This document shows positions 50,413 through 61,899 of a stretch of 64,000 bases of DNA, one piece after another. Location: the NCBI GenBank assembly GCA_003218305.1, contig QHMY01000038.1:7464-71463 (forward strand), written 5' to 3'. The notes under the pieces are model-generated. The model was not told the origin of the DNA and ran no database searches. It saw only the letters and a list, made by a program, of their open reading frames with translations. The DNA is from Verrucomicrobiota bacterium. Lineage in GTDB: Bacteria > Verrucomicrobiota > Verrucomicrobiia > Chthoniobacterales > UBA10450. Both the position numbers and the translations under genes were made by a program. The stretch's first letter is position 1, and each line of letters starts with the position of its first letter.

Positions 50413-52617
50413 TTGAAACCTGAAAAAGATAAACTTCGCGAACAAATCCTCGGCCTGTTGAGCGCGCCGAAGTATCGACCGCTCGATAAGAGTGAACTGG
50501 GCAAGGCGCTTGGCCGAAAGAGCGGCGTCCGAATGGGATTGAACGAGGTGTTGCGGCAGCTCGAGCAAGCCGGGGAAATCGCCCGGATCCGGAAGGACCG
50601 TTACGTTCTGCCTTCCGAAGCGGATCTAGTCACCGGCAATCTGCACGTCCACCAGGCCGGTTACGCCTTTCTCTCCACGGGGAAGTCGGGGGAACAGGAT
50701 CTTTTCATCGCGGCCCAGAACACCGGCACCGCGATGCATGGCGACAAAGTGGTGGCCCGCATTAGCCGCGACGAGCGTTATTCGCGCGCCAAAAGTGGGC
50801 GGGAGCGGACCGAAGGCCGGGTGATTCGCATCCTCGAGCGCGCCCACGATTCGATCGTTGGCACGTTGCAGCAGTCGAAAAACTTCTTCTACGTCGTCCC
50901 GGACGATCCGCGCATCGTCCACAACGTTTATGTCCAGGTCCCTCCGCAACCGCCTCTCCAGAAGACGCCGGGCCCCGGTGACAAAGTGGTCGTCCGTCTC
51001 GAGACGTGGGATTCGCGGCATGTCAATCCCGAGGGCCAAATCATCGAAGTCCTCGGGCCCAGTTCCGCCCCTGGCGTGGACATGCTCTCGATCATCCGGA
51101 AGTACCATCTTCCGGTTGAGTTTCCTAGAGAGGTCCTCGATGAGGCGCAGAGAATCCCGGAGACGGTCGGAGCGGAAATGTTCGAGGGACGCGAGGATCT
51201 GCGCGATCAATTCATCGTTACGATCGACCCCGACGACGCCCGTGATTTTGACGACGCCATCAATGTTGAGCGGGTCCCCGGCGGCGGCTGGCGCCTCGGC
51301 GTTCACATAGCCGACGTCTCCGCCTACGTGAAGCCGGGCACGGCCCTGGACCGCGAAGCCTACAAGCGGGGCAACAGCGTTTATCTTCCCGACCGCGTCA
51401 TACCGATGTTGCCAGAACGTTTGAGCAACGGCGTCTGCAGCCTAAACCCAGGGGTGAACCGCCTCACCCATTCGGTTTTCATCGAGTTCACCAGGGACGG
51501 CCGCACGAAGAGCACCCGCTTCGGTCGAACGGTCATCCGGAGCGCGCACCGCCTGACCTATCGCGAGGCCTACGCCATTCTTCGCGCCGCGCCTCACGAT
51601 CAGTTGAGTGAACGGCTCCACGTGGCCTGGGAGCTGGCTTCCTTCCTGCGAAAAAAGCGTTTCGAACAGGGATCGCTCGACCTGGATTTTCCGGAGGTGA
51701 AAGTTCGCCTGGACGATCAAGGGAGGCCGATCCTCCTCGAACGCATCGAAAACGACGAATCGCATCAGCTGGTCGAAGAATTCATGCTCGCGGCCAACGA
51801 AGCCGTCGCGCAGGAGCTCAAGAACCGGACCATCCCCACCGTCTATCGGGTGCACGAAAGTCCCGAGCCGGACAGACTGGCGGAATATCGTGAACTCGTT
51901 CTCAGCTACAATTACAAGGTTGGTGACCTCACTAACCGGAAAGAACTCCAGAGACTGCTCGCCTCCCTCGCCGGCAAGCCCGAAGAACAGGCCCTCAAGA
52001 TTGGACTCTTGAAGAGTTTGAAGCGCGCGCGCTATGCCGCGCAGCCGCTCGGTCACTTCGGCCTGGCCAAGACCAACTACACCCATTTCACCAGTCCGAT
52101 TCGACGCTACGCCGATTTGGTCGTGCATCGGGCTCTGGCCAGGGGCGCCGCGCGCCAGAAAGAACCTGCGCCCCAGATGGGGCAAATAGTTTCCACCGCG
52201 GAACACATCTCGATCACGGAACGCGTCGCGGCCGAGGCCGAGATGGAGTCGGTCAAGATGAAGAAGCTCGAGTTCTTCCAACGGCAGCTCGACGCGCGCG
52301 ATCCGCAAGTCTTCCGCGCCAGCGTCATCGACGTCCGGAATTATGGACTTCTGATCGAATTGCCGGACGTGCTCCTGACCGGGCTGGTGCACGTTTCTTC
52401 GCTCACGGACGATTTCTATGTCTTCAATCCGGCCCAACACCAGTTGATCGGGCGGCAGTCCCGCCGGCGATTTTCCGTCGGCGATCAACTGCGCGTTTTC
52501 GTCGCGCGCGTCGACGTCTTCAAGCGCGAGGTGGATTTTGCCATCACCAATGGTGACGCCCCGCGACCGGAGCGTGTCCGGAGGAACGTCCGGCCCGCAC
52601 CATCACGCCGACGCTAG
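50413..52617 (+). CDS. rnr: ribonuclease R
   Basis: It has an N-terminal winged-helix/CSD region, RNB motifs (TIDPDDARDFDDA, YLPDRVIPMLP, FTSPIRRYADLVVHR), a C-terminal S1 domain and a basic tail. Confidence 0.92.
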   Translation: MKPEKDKLREQILGLLSAPKYRPLDKSELGKALGRKSGVRMGLNEVLRQLEQAGEIARIRKDRYVLPSEADLVTGNLHVHQAGYAFLSTGKSGEQDLFIAAQNTGTAMHGDKVVARISRDERYSRAKSGRERTEGRVIRILERAHDSIVGTLQQSKNFFYVVPDDPRIVHNVYVQVPPQPPLQKTPGPGDKVVVRLETWDSRHVNPEGQIIEVLGPSSAPGVDMLSIIRKYHLPVEFPREVLDEAQRIPETVGAEMFEGREDLRDQFIVTIDPDDARDFDDAINVERVPGGGWRLGVHIADVSAYVKPGTALDREAYKRGNSVYLPDRVIPMLPERLSNGVCSLNPGVNRLTHSVFIEFTRDGRTKSTRFGRTVIRSAHRLTYREAYAILRAAPHDQLSERLHVAWELASFLRKKRFEQGSLDLDFPEVKVRLDDQGRPILLERIENDESHQLVEEFMLAANEAVAQELKNRTIPTVYRVHESPEPDRLAEYRELVLSYNYKVGDLTNRKELQRLLASLAGKPEEQALKIGLLKSLKRARYAAQPLGHFGLAKTNYTHFTSPIRRYADLVVHRALARGAARQKEPAPQMGQIVSTAEHISITERVAAEAEMESVKMKKLEFFQRQLDARDPQVFRASVIDVRNYGLLIELPDVLLTGLVHVSSLTDDFYVFNPAQHQLIGRQSRRRFSVGDQLRVFVARVDVFKREVDFAITNGDAPRPERVRRNVRPAPSRRR

Positions 52618-52714
52618 GAGACGTTCAGTTAAGGAGCTTGCGGCCTAACGGGGACCCGCAGATTTTGCTTCCAAAGTCGCAAATGAGTTCGTTAGACTCC
52701 CGCCGTCTTCAAAA

Positions 52715-52915
52715 ATGGATAGCATTCTCGAAGCGAGGGAAGTTCAGATCGAACGGAAGCGGTTTCATTTCGAATTCCGCGAGAACGAGCGTGGGCGCTT
52801 CCTTCGCATTACCGAAGAAGCTCATGGGCGCCGGAACACCATCATCATCCCGAGCACGGGCGTGAACGATTTCACCGCTGCGATCGACGACGTCCTTGGC
52901 GCTGGCGGCGCCTAG
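52715..52915 (+). CDS. PUR-alpha-like single-repeat nucleic-acid-binding protein (DUF3276-like)
   Basis: IERKRFHFEFRENERGRFLRITEEAHGRRNTIIIPSTGVNDF matches the PUR repeat pattern KRFy.d.keN.rGrFlrI.E. Confidence 0.7.
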   Translation: MDSILEAREVQIERKRFHFEFRENERGRFLRITEEAHGRRNTIIIPSTGVNDFTAAIDDVLGAGGA

Positions 52916-52947
52916 GCGACGATTTCTCCCCAGCGCGTTGCGACGCG

Positions 52948-52977
52948 TTGACACCCTGGGGACGGGACACTTAGCTT
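52948..52977 (+). promoter_or_regulatory. candidate sigma70-type promoter for ppdK
   Basis: TTGACA (52948-52953), an 18-nt spacer, then TAGCTT (TAnnnT). It lies ~45 nt upstream of the ppdK start. Pattern match only. Confidence 0.25.
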
Positions 52978-53019
52978 GGCGTTCGTCGCGGCGTCGCCGT
53001 TTCTCCTTTCAAATCTGCC

Positions 53020-55830
<2,811 letters not shown>

Positions 55831-55837
55831 CTCGGTC

Positions 55838-56788
55838 TTGCCGGCCCCTGACAGGAAGACACTGATGTCGGACGAAAAGGGCAAGCCATGGTTGGCGAAA
55901 CTTTTTTGGATCGCGTCGTGCGGCAATGTGCTGCTTGTTCTAATTCCGAGCCTGCGCGAGTGGAACCATCCTCAGGGTGAGTTCAGCGGTCTGGTCATCA
56001 TCCTCCTGCTCGCGGTCGTTGTGTGTCTGATTGCGGTCATCGCGATCGTAGCGGTGATCCGGAAGCCCATGGCTTACGGGATCGGCCTTGCCTTGGTGTC
56101 CCTGCCTGCGGTTTGGTTTGTCCTCATCAGCGCAAACAATCTGGCCCAACGCGTAGCGGCGCCGAGCATCGCGGATCAGGAAGCAGGTCGTGGGTATTTC
56201 TCGACGCCGGCTGACCGCGCTCTCGCGGAGGCCATCGTCGTCGGGGACCCAGCAAAAGTGGCGTCCCTCGCGCCCGGTGCAAACCTGGGCGCGACTGGCT
56301 GGGGGCAGATGACCTTTATGCGCCTCGCGTTGGAAAACGGCCACGCCAACCACGATGTCCTGGCGATTTTGCTACGGAACGGTATCGATCCGGATCAAGA
56401 TTCCAGCCTTCTGTATCAGATGATCTACAGCCAAAAGGACGAAGCCCTGCTGCGGGTGGTGATCGACTCAGGGGTAAACTTGAGCAAGCATATGGGCCGG
56501 GGTAGCTGGTTCTACTTCGTTGGCTACGATTGGCCCGCGGGTCTCGCTTTGGTCCTGGATCACGGCGCCGATACCGAAGCGCAGGATACCGTGGGTTACA
56601 CCGAAATCATGCGGGCGACGCGGGCGCAAAGTTGGCCAACGGTCGAAGCATTGCTGGCGCATGGCGCGCGGATTGACCATGTCGGTAACGATGGCCGGAG
56701 TTTGCGCGACCTGCTGCCGGAGGCGATCGCGGGGTATCGTGGTGAAATTCCTTCGCGAATCGTCGCGCTGCAGGAGAGCTTGCGTTAG
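55838..56788 (+). CDS. membrane-anchored ankyrin-repeat protein
   Basis: Three N-terminal TM helices are followed by ANK-like repeats (MTFMRLALENGHANHDVLAILLRNGIDPDQ; GYTEIMRATRAQSWPTVEALLAHGARIDHVGNDGRS). The ATG 55865 alternative start is possible. Confidence 0.75.
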   Translation: MPAPDRKTLMSDEKGKPWLAKLFWIASCGNVLLVLIPSLREWNHPQGEFSGLVIILLLAVVVCLIAVIAIVAVIRKPMAYGIGLALVSLPAVWFVLISANNLAQRVAAPSIADQEAGRGYFSTPADRALAEAIVVGDPAKVASLAPGANLGATGWGQMTFMRLALENGHANHDVLAILLRNGIDPDQDSSLLYQMIYSQKDEALLRVVIDSGVNLSKHMGRGSWFYFVGYDWPAGLALVLDHGADTEAQDTVGYTEIMRATRAQSWPTVEALLAHGARIDHVGNDGRSLRDLLPEAIAGYRGEIPSRIVALQESLR

Positions 56789-56875
56789 GACCCAACAACC
56801 CGTCTGGAAGAAGGGCAGTCCGTGAATCTCGAGAATATCGATACCAACTGGGCGCCCGGGACTAGGCGAACCAGG

Positions 56876-57037
56876 CTAAAACAAGCTGTAGATAAAGGGA
56901 GCGAGGGCTGAGCCTTCGGTTACGACCAGGATTAAGCCGAGAGTGAGGAGCAGAACGACGATGGGCGCGAGCCACCACTTCTTGCGCACGCGCAGGAAGC
57001 TCCAAAACTCCCGCAGGATCGATAGTTTTCCGTTCAT
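56876..57037 (-). CDS. DUF5989-family small membrane protein
   Basis: MNGKLSILREFWSFLRVRKKWWLAPIVVLLLTLGLILVVTEGSALAPFIYSLF matches the family pattern. The start is the internal ATG of track ORF 56876..57127. Confidence 0.75.
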   Translation of the reverse strand: MNGKLSILREFWSFLRVRKKWWLAPIVVLLLTLGLILVVTEGSALAPFIYSLF

Positions 57038-57038
57038 A

Positions 57039-57458
57039 CTAGAACTGCTTTTCGTAATCTTCGGGCACCGAACGAGAGGTTCGGACCTGCCAATAAGTTG
57101 CCGCGCCCCCGCCAAAATCAACTTCAATCGCGCGTTTACCGAACAGGCGCTGAAGCAAACCGACCGGCGTGACCACCAGGAAAAAGACGATGGTCAACAG
57201 GATCCGGGTCATGACCCAGCCGAGCGCGAGCGCGGCAATCATCCAGGGTCCGTGAACCCATTTCAGGATCGAGGGAGCCAAAGCGGCGGCCAGAATCAGG
57301 AAAAATCCGATCGAGACCAAGGGCCAGCCCGCGCCGCGATGGCGCCACACGAACAGGGCGCCCAGCAACAGAATCACCGGGCCGACGGTCCAGCCAAATT
57401 TTCTCAGGGCGCGCGGAGACCGGTCGAGTTTTTGGTATTCGTCGTTAATCCAGGACAT
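57039..57458 (-). CDS. SxtJ-family membrane protein
   Basis: LDRSPRALRKFGWTVGPVILLLGALFVW... has ~4 TM helices. It sits in the conserved position between the carbamoyltransferase and DUF5989. Confidence 0.7.
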   Translation of the reverse strand: MSWINDEYQKLDRSPRALRKFGWTVGPVILLLGALFVWRHRGAGWPLVSIGFFLILAAALAPSILKWVHGPWMIAALALGWVMTRILLTIVFFLVVTPVGLLQRLFGKRAIEVDFGGGAATYWQVRTSRSVPEDYEKQF

Positions 57459-59346
57459 CGTCGGCTACTCCTTTCACCACGTTGGCGGGATCCTGCCTGG
57501 CTTTATCCAGAAGGAAATTTCCCAGGACGAGATAGTCCATTTCGGTGCGCATGAAACAACGGAAGGCTTCCTCGGGCGTGCAGACCGGCGGCTCGCCCCG
57601 GACATTGAACGATGTGTTCACCAGCAAGGGACAGCCGGTGTTTTTTTCGAATTCGGTGAGCAAATGGTGGAAGGGCGCATTGTCCGCGGCAGAGACGGTT
57701 TGGATGCGAGCGGAGTAATCGACGTGGGTGATGGCTGGGAGAGTCGAACGTGGAGTCTTGAGTCGCGTGAGGAAATCGGGGGCGTCGCTCGTAGCTCCAC
57801 GGGGTCCCTCGGCTTCGCCCGCCACGGCGGGCTCGACCGATGGCGAGCTCGGGATGACTGGCGAATCGATGCGCAATGAATTCCTGACTGGCGCGACAAG
57901 GAGCATGTAGGGGCTTGGCTGATCCAGCTCGAAACAATCGCCGACACGCTCTCGGAGGATTGAAGGAGCAAACGGGCGAAAGCTCTCCCTAAATTTTATT
58001 TTTAGATTCAGGGTTTCCTGCATCTCGGACGACCGGGCGTCGCCGAGGATTGAGCGGTTGCCCAGCGCGCGCGGACCAAATTCCATTCGCCCCTGGAACC
58101 AGCCAATGACCTTGCCTTGCTCTAGCAATCGCGCCACCCGCGACATCAACGCATCTTCGTTCAACACCTCGTGCGGGATCGCGGCGCCCTTTAGGAATTC
58201 GGCGGCATCATAGGCAGGTCCGAGAAATGAACCACGTTGCGCATCCTCATCGCCGGAGACCTTTCTCGGCTGGCCCCGATAATGGTGCCAACCCAGCAGC
58301 GCAGCTCCGAGCGCTCCCCCGGCGTCGCCCGCGGCAGGCTGAATCCAGATTTTCTCGAACGGCCCCTCGCGAAGAATCCGCCCGTTCCCAACGCAATTGA
58401 GGGCAACGCCACCGGCGAGACAGAGATTCCGCTCGCCCGTGAGGGTGTGGGCGTGACGGGCCAGACGCAACATCACCTCCTCCGTTACGGCCTGGAGCGA
58501 GCGCGCGATATTCATGTGCCGCTGAGTCAATTCTGCTTCCGGTTTTCGGGGCGGGCCGCCGAAGAGACGATCGAACGCTGCATTCGTCATCCTGAGTCCC
58601 GCCATGAAATCGAAGTAGCGCAGGTTGAGGCGGAAGGAGCCGTCCTCTTTGAGATCGAGCAGCTCGGACAAAATCAGGTCGCGGTAGGTCGGCTCGCCAT
58701 AGGGGGCGAGACCCATCACTTTATATTCACCGGAGTTGACCCGAAAACCGAGATAGTAAGTGAAGGCGGAATAGAGCAGGCCAAGCGAATGCGGGAATCG
58801 CAGGTCGGCCAGGAGTTCGACCCGGTTGCCTTCCCCGCGGCCGACGCTCGTGGTCGTCCATTCCCCCACCCCATCGATGGTCAGAATCGCGGCGCTTTCA
58901 AAGGGCGAAGGAAAAAACGCGGAAGCGGCGTGAGACTCGTGATGCTCCGGGAAGATGATCTGGCCTTCAAACGGGAGCTCCCTTCGAATGGCGTCCTTGA
59001 TCCAGATCTTCTGTTTCATCCAGACCGGAACCGCTTTCAAGAACGAGCGGAGCCCGACCGGCGCGCAGGCCAGATAAGTGGAAAGCAGCCGGTCGCACTT
59101 CAGAAAAGGCTTTTCGTAGAAGGCAACCAAATCGAGTTGCCCGCCGTCAGAAAACCCCACTTCACGCAGGCAATAGTCGATCGCATGGCGCGGGAATCCG
59201 GCGTCATGTTTCTTCCGCGTAAAGCGCTCTTCCTGGGCAGCGGCGACGATGACTCCATCGCGGACCAGACAGGCGGCGCTGTCGTGATAGAAGGCGGAGA
59301 GGCCGAGGATGTTCACGGGTTGGAGCGCAAGCAATCTAGCCGGCAC
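57445..59346 (-). CDS. carbamoyltransferase (NodU/CmcH family)
   Basis: Motifs: ILGLSAFYHDSAACLV.DG.IVAAAQEERFTRKKHD, CLAGGVALN, NTSFNVRGEPPVCTP. GTG 59316 is a possible alternative start. Confidence 0.92.
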   Translation of the reverse strand: MPARLLALQPVNILGLSAFYHDSAACLVRDGVIVAAAQEERFTRKKHDAGFPRHAIDYCLREVGFSDGGQLDLVAFYEKPFLKCDRLLSTYLACAPVGLRSFLKAVPVWMKQKIWIKDAIRRELPFEGQIIFPEHHESHAASAFFPSPFESAAILTIDGVGEWTTTSVGRGEGNRVELLADLRFPHSLGLLYSAFTYYLGFRVNSGEYKVMGLAPYGEPTYRDLILSELLDLKEDGSFRLNLRYFDFMAGLRMTNAAFDRLFGGPPRKPEAELTQRHMNIARSLQAVTEEVMLRLARHAHTLTGERNLCLAGGVALNCVGNGRILREGPFEKIWIQPAAGDAGGALGAALLGWHHYRGQPRKVSGDEDAQRGSFLGPAYDAAEFLKGAAIPHEVLNEDALMSRVARLLEQGKVIGWFQGRMEFGPRALGNRSILGDARSSEMQETLNLKIKFRESFRPFAPSILRERVGDCFELDQPSPYMLLVAPVRNSLRIDSPVIPSSPSVEPAVAGEAEGPRGATSDAPDFLTRLKTPRSTLPAITHVDYSARIQTVSAADNAPFHHLLTEFEKNTGCPLLVNTSFNVRGEPPVCTPEEAFRCFMRTEMDYLVLGNFLLDKARQDPANVVKGVADDVLD

Positions 59347-59379
59347 CTGCGCGAAGAGGCAATGTCTGCGCGCCGCCGT

Positions 59380-61749
59380 TCACTGCTTTCGGGCCGTATG
59401 AAATTTCTCCCAGGCTTTCCAGGCGCGCTCCCAGTTTTCTTTCGCGGCCCAGCCCTCCGCCTCGAGAAAATAAAAGTAAGGCGGGCAACTCGCCATTTCG
59501 GTGAAATGCCGCGCGGTCATGAGCGCATCATCGGTTTTTCCCTGGCGCATCTGCTCGCGATAGAGTTGATAGCCCGATCCAAAATTATCCGGCGCAACAT
59601 TAAACGCCTGCTGCAGTTGCTCGAGTGGCCTGGTGTTGGTCTCCGGTAATACCGGCGCTTCTCCGAAACGGTGGGCGACATCGAACGCGGCACGAAAATC
59701 ATTTTGCTTCGCGTGATATTTCGCCATCGCGCTCCAGGCGTAGTTCATCCAATCCGGCTGCGCCTCGACCGCGCGTGCCAATTCCTTAAGATCGCCGCGG
59801 GTCGCCCAAAGTGAAAAGAACTCCACTTTTTCTGCGCCGGAAAAGCTTTGCAAATTCGGATCGCGCTCGAGAAAGCGACGAAGAGCGGTCATGAAGGCAG
59901 GGCCGGCGGCGCGTTGGAAATAAACTAACGCCAGATCGTGTTGCTCCAGGCCGATCTCTTCGAGGCCCCGGTGAACCGCCGGGCTGAATTGAGCGGAAAG
60001 CGTAAGCATGTGCCCATATCGGTCGAGCTTTTGCTCACGGATGCGCCGCAGCGCTTCTCGCCAGGCGGTGAGCGCAAGGGCCGGCTCTTTCGCGAGCCAG
60101 ACGCTGCCCTCTTCAAAGGGAACTTCGTAGGCGTTGGGTTCCAGAAACCGGGCGCGCTGAAAGTCATCGAGCGCATCGGCCGGCGGTCGTTTCGCTTCAA
60201 CCTTTCCGAGCGCGCGCGAAAAATAAAGCTGCCACTTGAGCGGCGCCCATTCGAGGGCGCGCGTGGTCCGTTCAATTGTTTCGTTGAAATTTCGGCCCTG
60301 ACTCGCGGCCGTGGCCTTGTGCATTTCATTTTCGGCGCCAACCGCACCCGGCAGCGGCATTTCATAACGGGTCGCAGCAAGCCAGGCGATTCCGGAAGCC
60401 ACGAGCAGAATTCCCATCAAACGAAAGAAACGAGGCAACCAGACCCCAGGCTGGAGTTCCATCGGACGGCGGAGCGCCATTCCCAGAAAAAATATGCCCG
60501 AGAAGGCGGTTCCCACCCGGTGCCCCGAAACATCCACCAGTCCGTGTAGGGCAAAAAGGCCCGCTGCGATCAAGGCGGCGACCCGGAAGCGCTGATTTGT
60601 GCCCTCTTGCAAAGGGAAAACCCGGCGAACGAGGATGGCGAGCCCGGCCAGGGCCAGGAAGAGTGCCGGCCATCCCGCTTCAGCCCAGAACCACAGCCAA
60701 TCGCTTTCGGGATGGAGCGCGCGTGAGCCACTCAGAGATGCATCACGAAAGAGGGCGAAAACAGGGTCGAAGTTTCCCAGGCCGAGACCGGACCAGGGCG
60801 AGGCGCTTATGAGTTGGAGAGCATCGTGGAAAATTGCCAATCGAAAACTGGTGGCGATTTCGGTCGTACTGCCGGAGCGAAGTTGAAAGCGTTCAAGGGT
60901 TGGCCCGCCGAAGATCAGAAGCACCGTGAGCAAAACGAGCAGGGCGGAGAGGCTGAGCACAATTCGCGCGGCGGAGCCCTTGCGCAAAATGAAGGCTCCA
61001 AGCCAGAAGGCGCTCCCGACCAGCAGGATAAGGACTCCGGCCCGCGAGAAATCAAGAACGATCGCCCACACCAGGAGGGCAAGTCCGATTGCCCAAACGA
61101 TCCAGCGTTTCCGGCTGTGCCGGATATCATCCTGACCGCAGGCCAGGACGATGATCGCGGTGAGGCTGAAAAGATTCGCTGTTTGATTGCGATTCGGGAA
61201 AGGGCCGAAGCCGCGCTCGTTGTGCCAAAAAGGAAGCGCGCTGTGGGCGGAATGGAGCGCGATGCAGAGCCCGGCGAGGAGGATGATGCCTGCCGTGAAG
61301 CGGCGAAGCTGCTGGCGCACTTCACGCAGGTCAAGCTCGAGCGTGCTCACATAGTAGAGCCAGCCCAGCCCTGCCAAAAAACTAACAAAGCATCCAAGGG
61401 AAATCCAAGGCTGTGGCGAAAGCGTCGCGGGCAGGCTGATGCCGAAATTGTTCGCCAGCACGAGACGCCATACCGGCTGCAAAAACCAGCGCGCGGGCAG
61501 AAATGCCAGGGCAGCACACGCGACCATGCCGGCCAGGATGACGTTCAAGACTCGCCCAAGCGAAAACCGCGGCGGATCAATCAGCAAAATAAAGCCCAGC
61601 AAAGCGACGACGATCCCTTCGCTCCATTTCTCGGTCGCACCCCCGAGGAAACAAGCGAGCACAGGAAGCATGGGAATCGCCAGGTTCTTCCACCATCGGC
61701 CCGGAGCTGCCGTGAAACCGGAACGTGTTCTGGATCGCTTTTTTTTCAT
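59380..61749 (-). CDS. O-antigen ligase/Wzy_C-like polytopic membrane protein with ~330-aa C-terminal helical-repeat (TPR-like) domain
   Basis: About 12 TM helices. The Wzy_C-type loop is ALHPESDWLWFWAEAGWPALF. The C-terminal soluble region has TPR-like periodicity (YFSRALGKVEAKRPPADALDDFQRARFLEPN...). Confidence 0.8.
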   Translation of the reverse strand: MKKKRSRTRSGFTAAPGRWWKNLAIPMLPVLACFLGGATEKWSEGIVVALLGFILLIDPPRFSLGRVLNVILAGMVACAALAFLPARWFLQPVWRLVLANNFGISLPATLSPQPWISLGCFVSFLAGLGWLYYVSTLELDLREVRQQLRRFTAGIILLAGLCIALHSAHSALPFWHNERGFGPFPNRNQTANLFSLTAIIVLACGQDDIRHSRKRWIVWAIGLALLVWAIVLDFSRAGVLILLVGSAFWLGAFILRKGSAARIVLSLSALLVLLTVLLIFGGPTLERFQLRSGSTTEIATSFRLAIFHDALQLISASPWSGLGLGNFDPVFALFRDASLSGSRALHPESDWLWFWAEAGWPALFLALAGLAILVRRVFPLQEGTNQRFRVAALIAAGLFALHGLVDVSGHRVGTAFSGIFFLGMALRRPMELQPGVWLPRFFRLMGILLVASGIAWLAATRYEMPLPGAVGAENEMHKATAASQGRNFNETIERTTRALEWAPLKWQLYFSRALGKVEAKRPPADALDDFQRARFLEPNAYEVPFEEGSVWLAKEPALALTAWREALRRIREQKLDRYGHMLTLSAQFSPAVHRGLEEIGLEQHDLALVYFQRAAGPAFMTALRRFLERDPNLQSFSGAEKVEFFSLWATRGDLKELARAVEAQPDWMNYAWSAMAKYHAKQNDFRAAFDVAHRFGEAPVLPETNTRPLEQLQQAFNVAPDNFGSGYQLYREQMRQGKTDDALMTARHFTEMASCPPYFYFLEAEGWAAKENWERAWKAWEKFHTARKQ

Positions 61750-61899
61750 CAGCCAGAGGCAGGAATCTTGGTATGGGAATCGCTATTTCGGCAAGCAGGC
61801 GCTCGAGTCACGCTTGAGTCATATGGACGCACCCGTCTTACCACGAGTTGAACGCTGGGCGCCATCGCGTACTCTCAGGATCGGCTCCGGGCAATAATC

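Noticed and set aside
58237-59649. Very long antisense ORFs lying opposite confidently assigned genes. Examples: 58237..59649 (+, 470 aa) opposite the carbamoyltransferase; 38701..40071 (+, 456 aa) opposite the DUF1800 gene; 54550..55620 (-) opposite ppdK; 51442..52488 (-) opposite rnr; 27669..28688 (-) opposite suhB/ispF; 29210..30181 (-) opposite cysS; 24588..25481 (-) opposite yicC; 33050..33985 (-) opposite gcvT; 60814..61851 (+) opposite the Wzy_C-like gene; 61819..62655 and 62752..63570 (-) opposite the sugar transferase.
   Set aside because: Their translations are Arg/Gly/Pro/Ala-rich and low in information, with no recognisable motifs. The opposite strand in each case encodes a protein with multiple diagnostic motifs. 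Long stop-free antisense frames are expected in GC-rich DNA.
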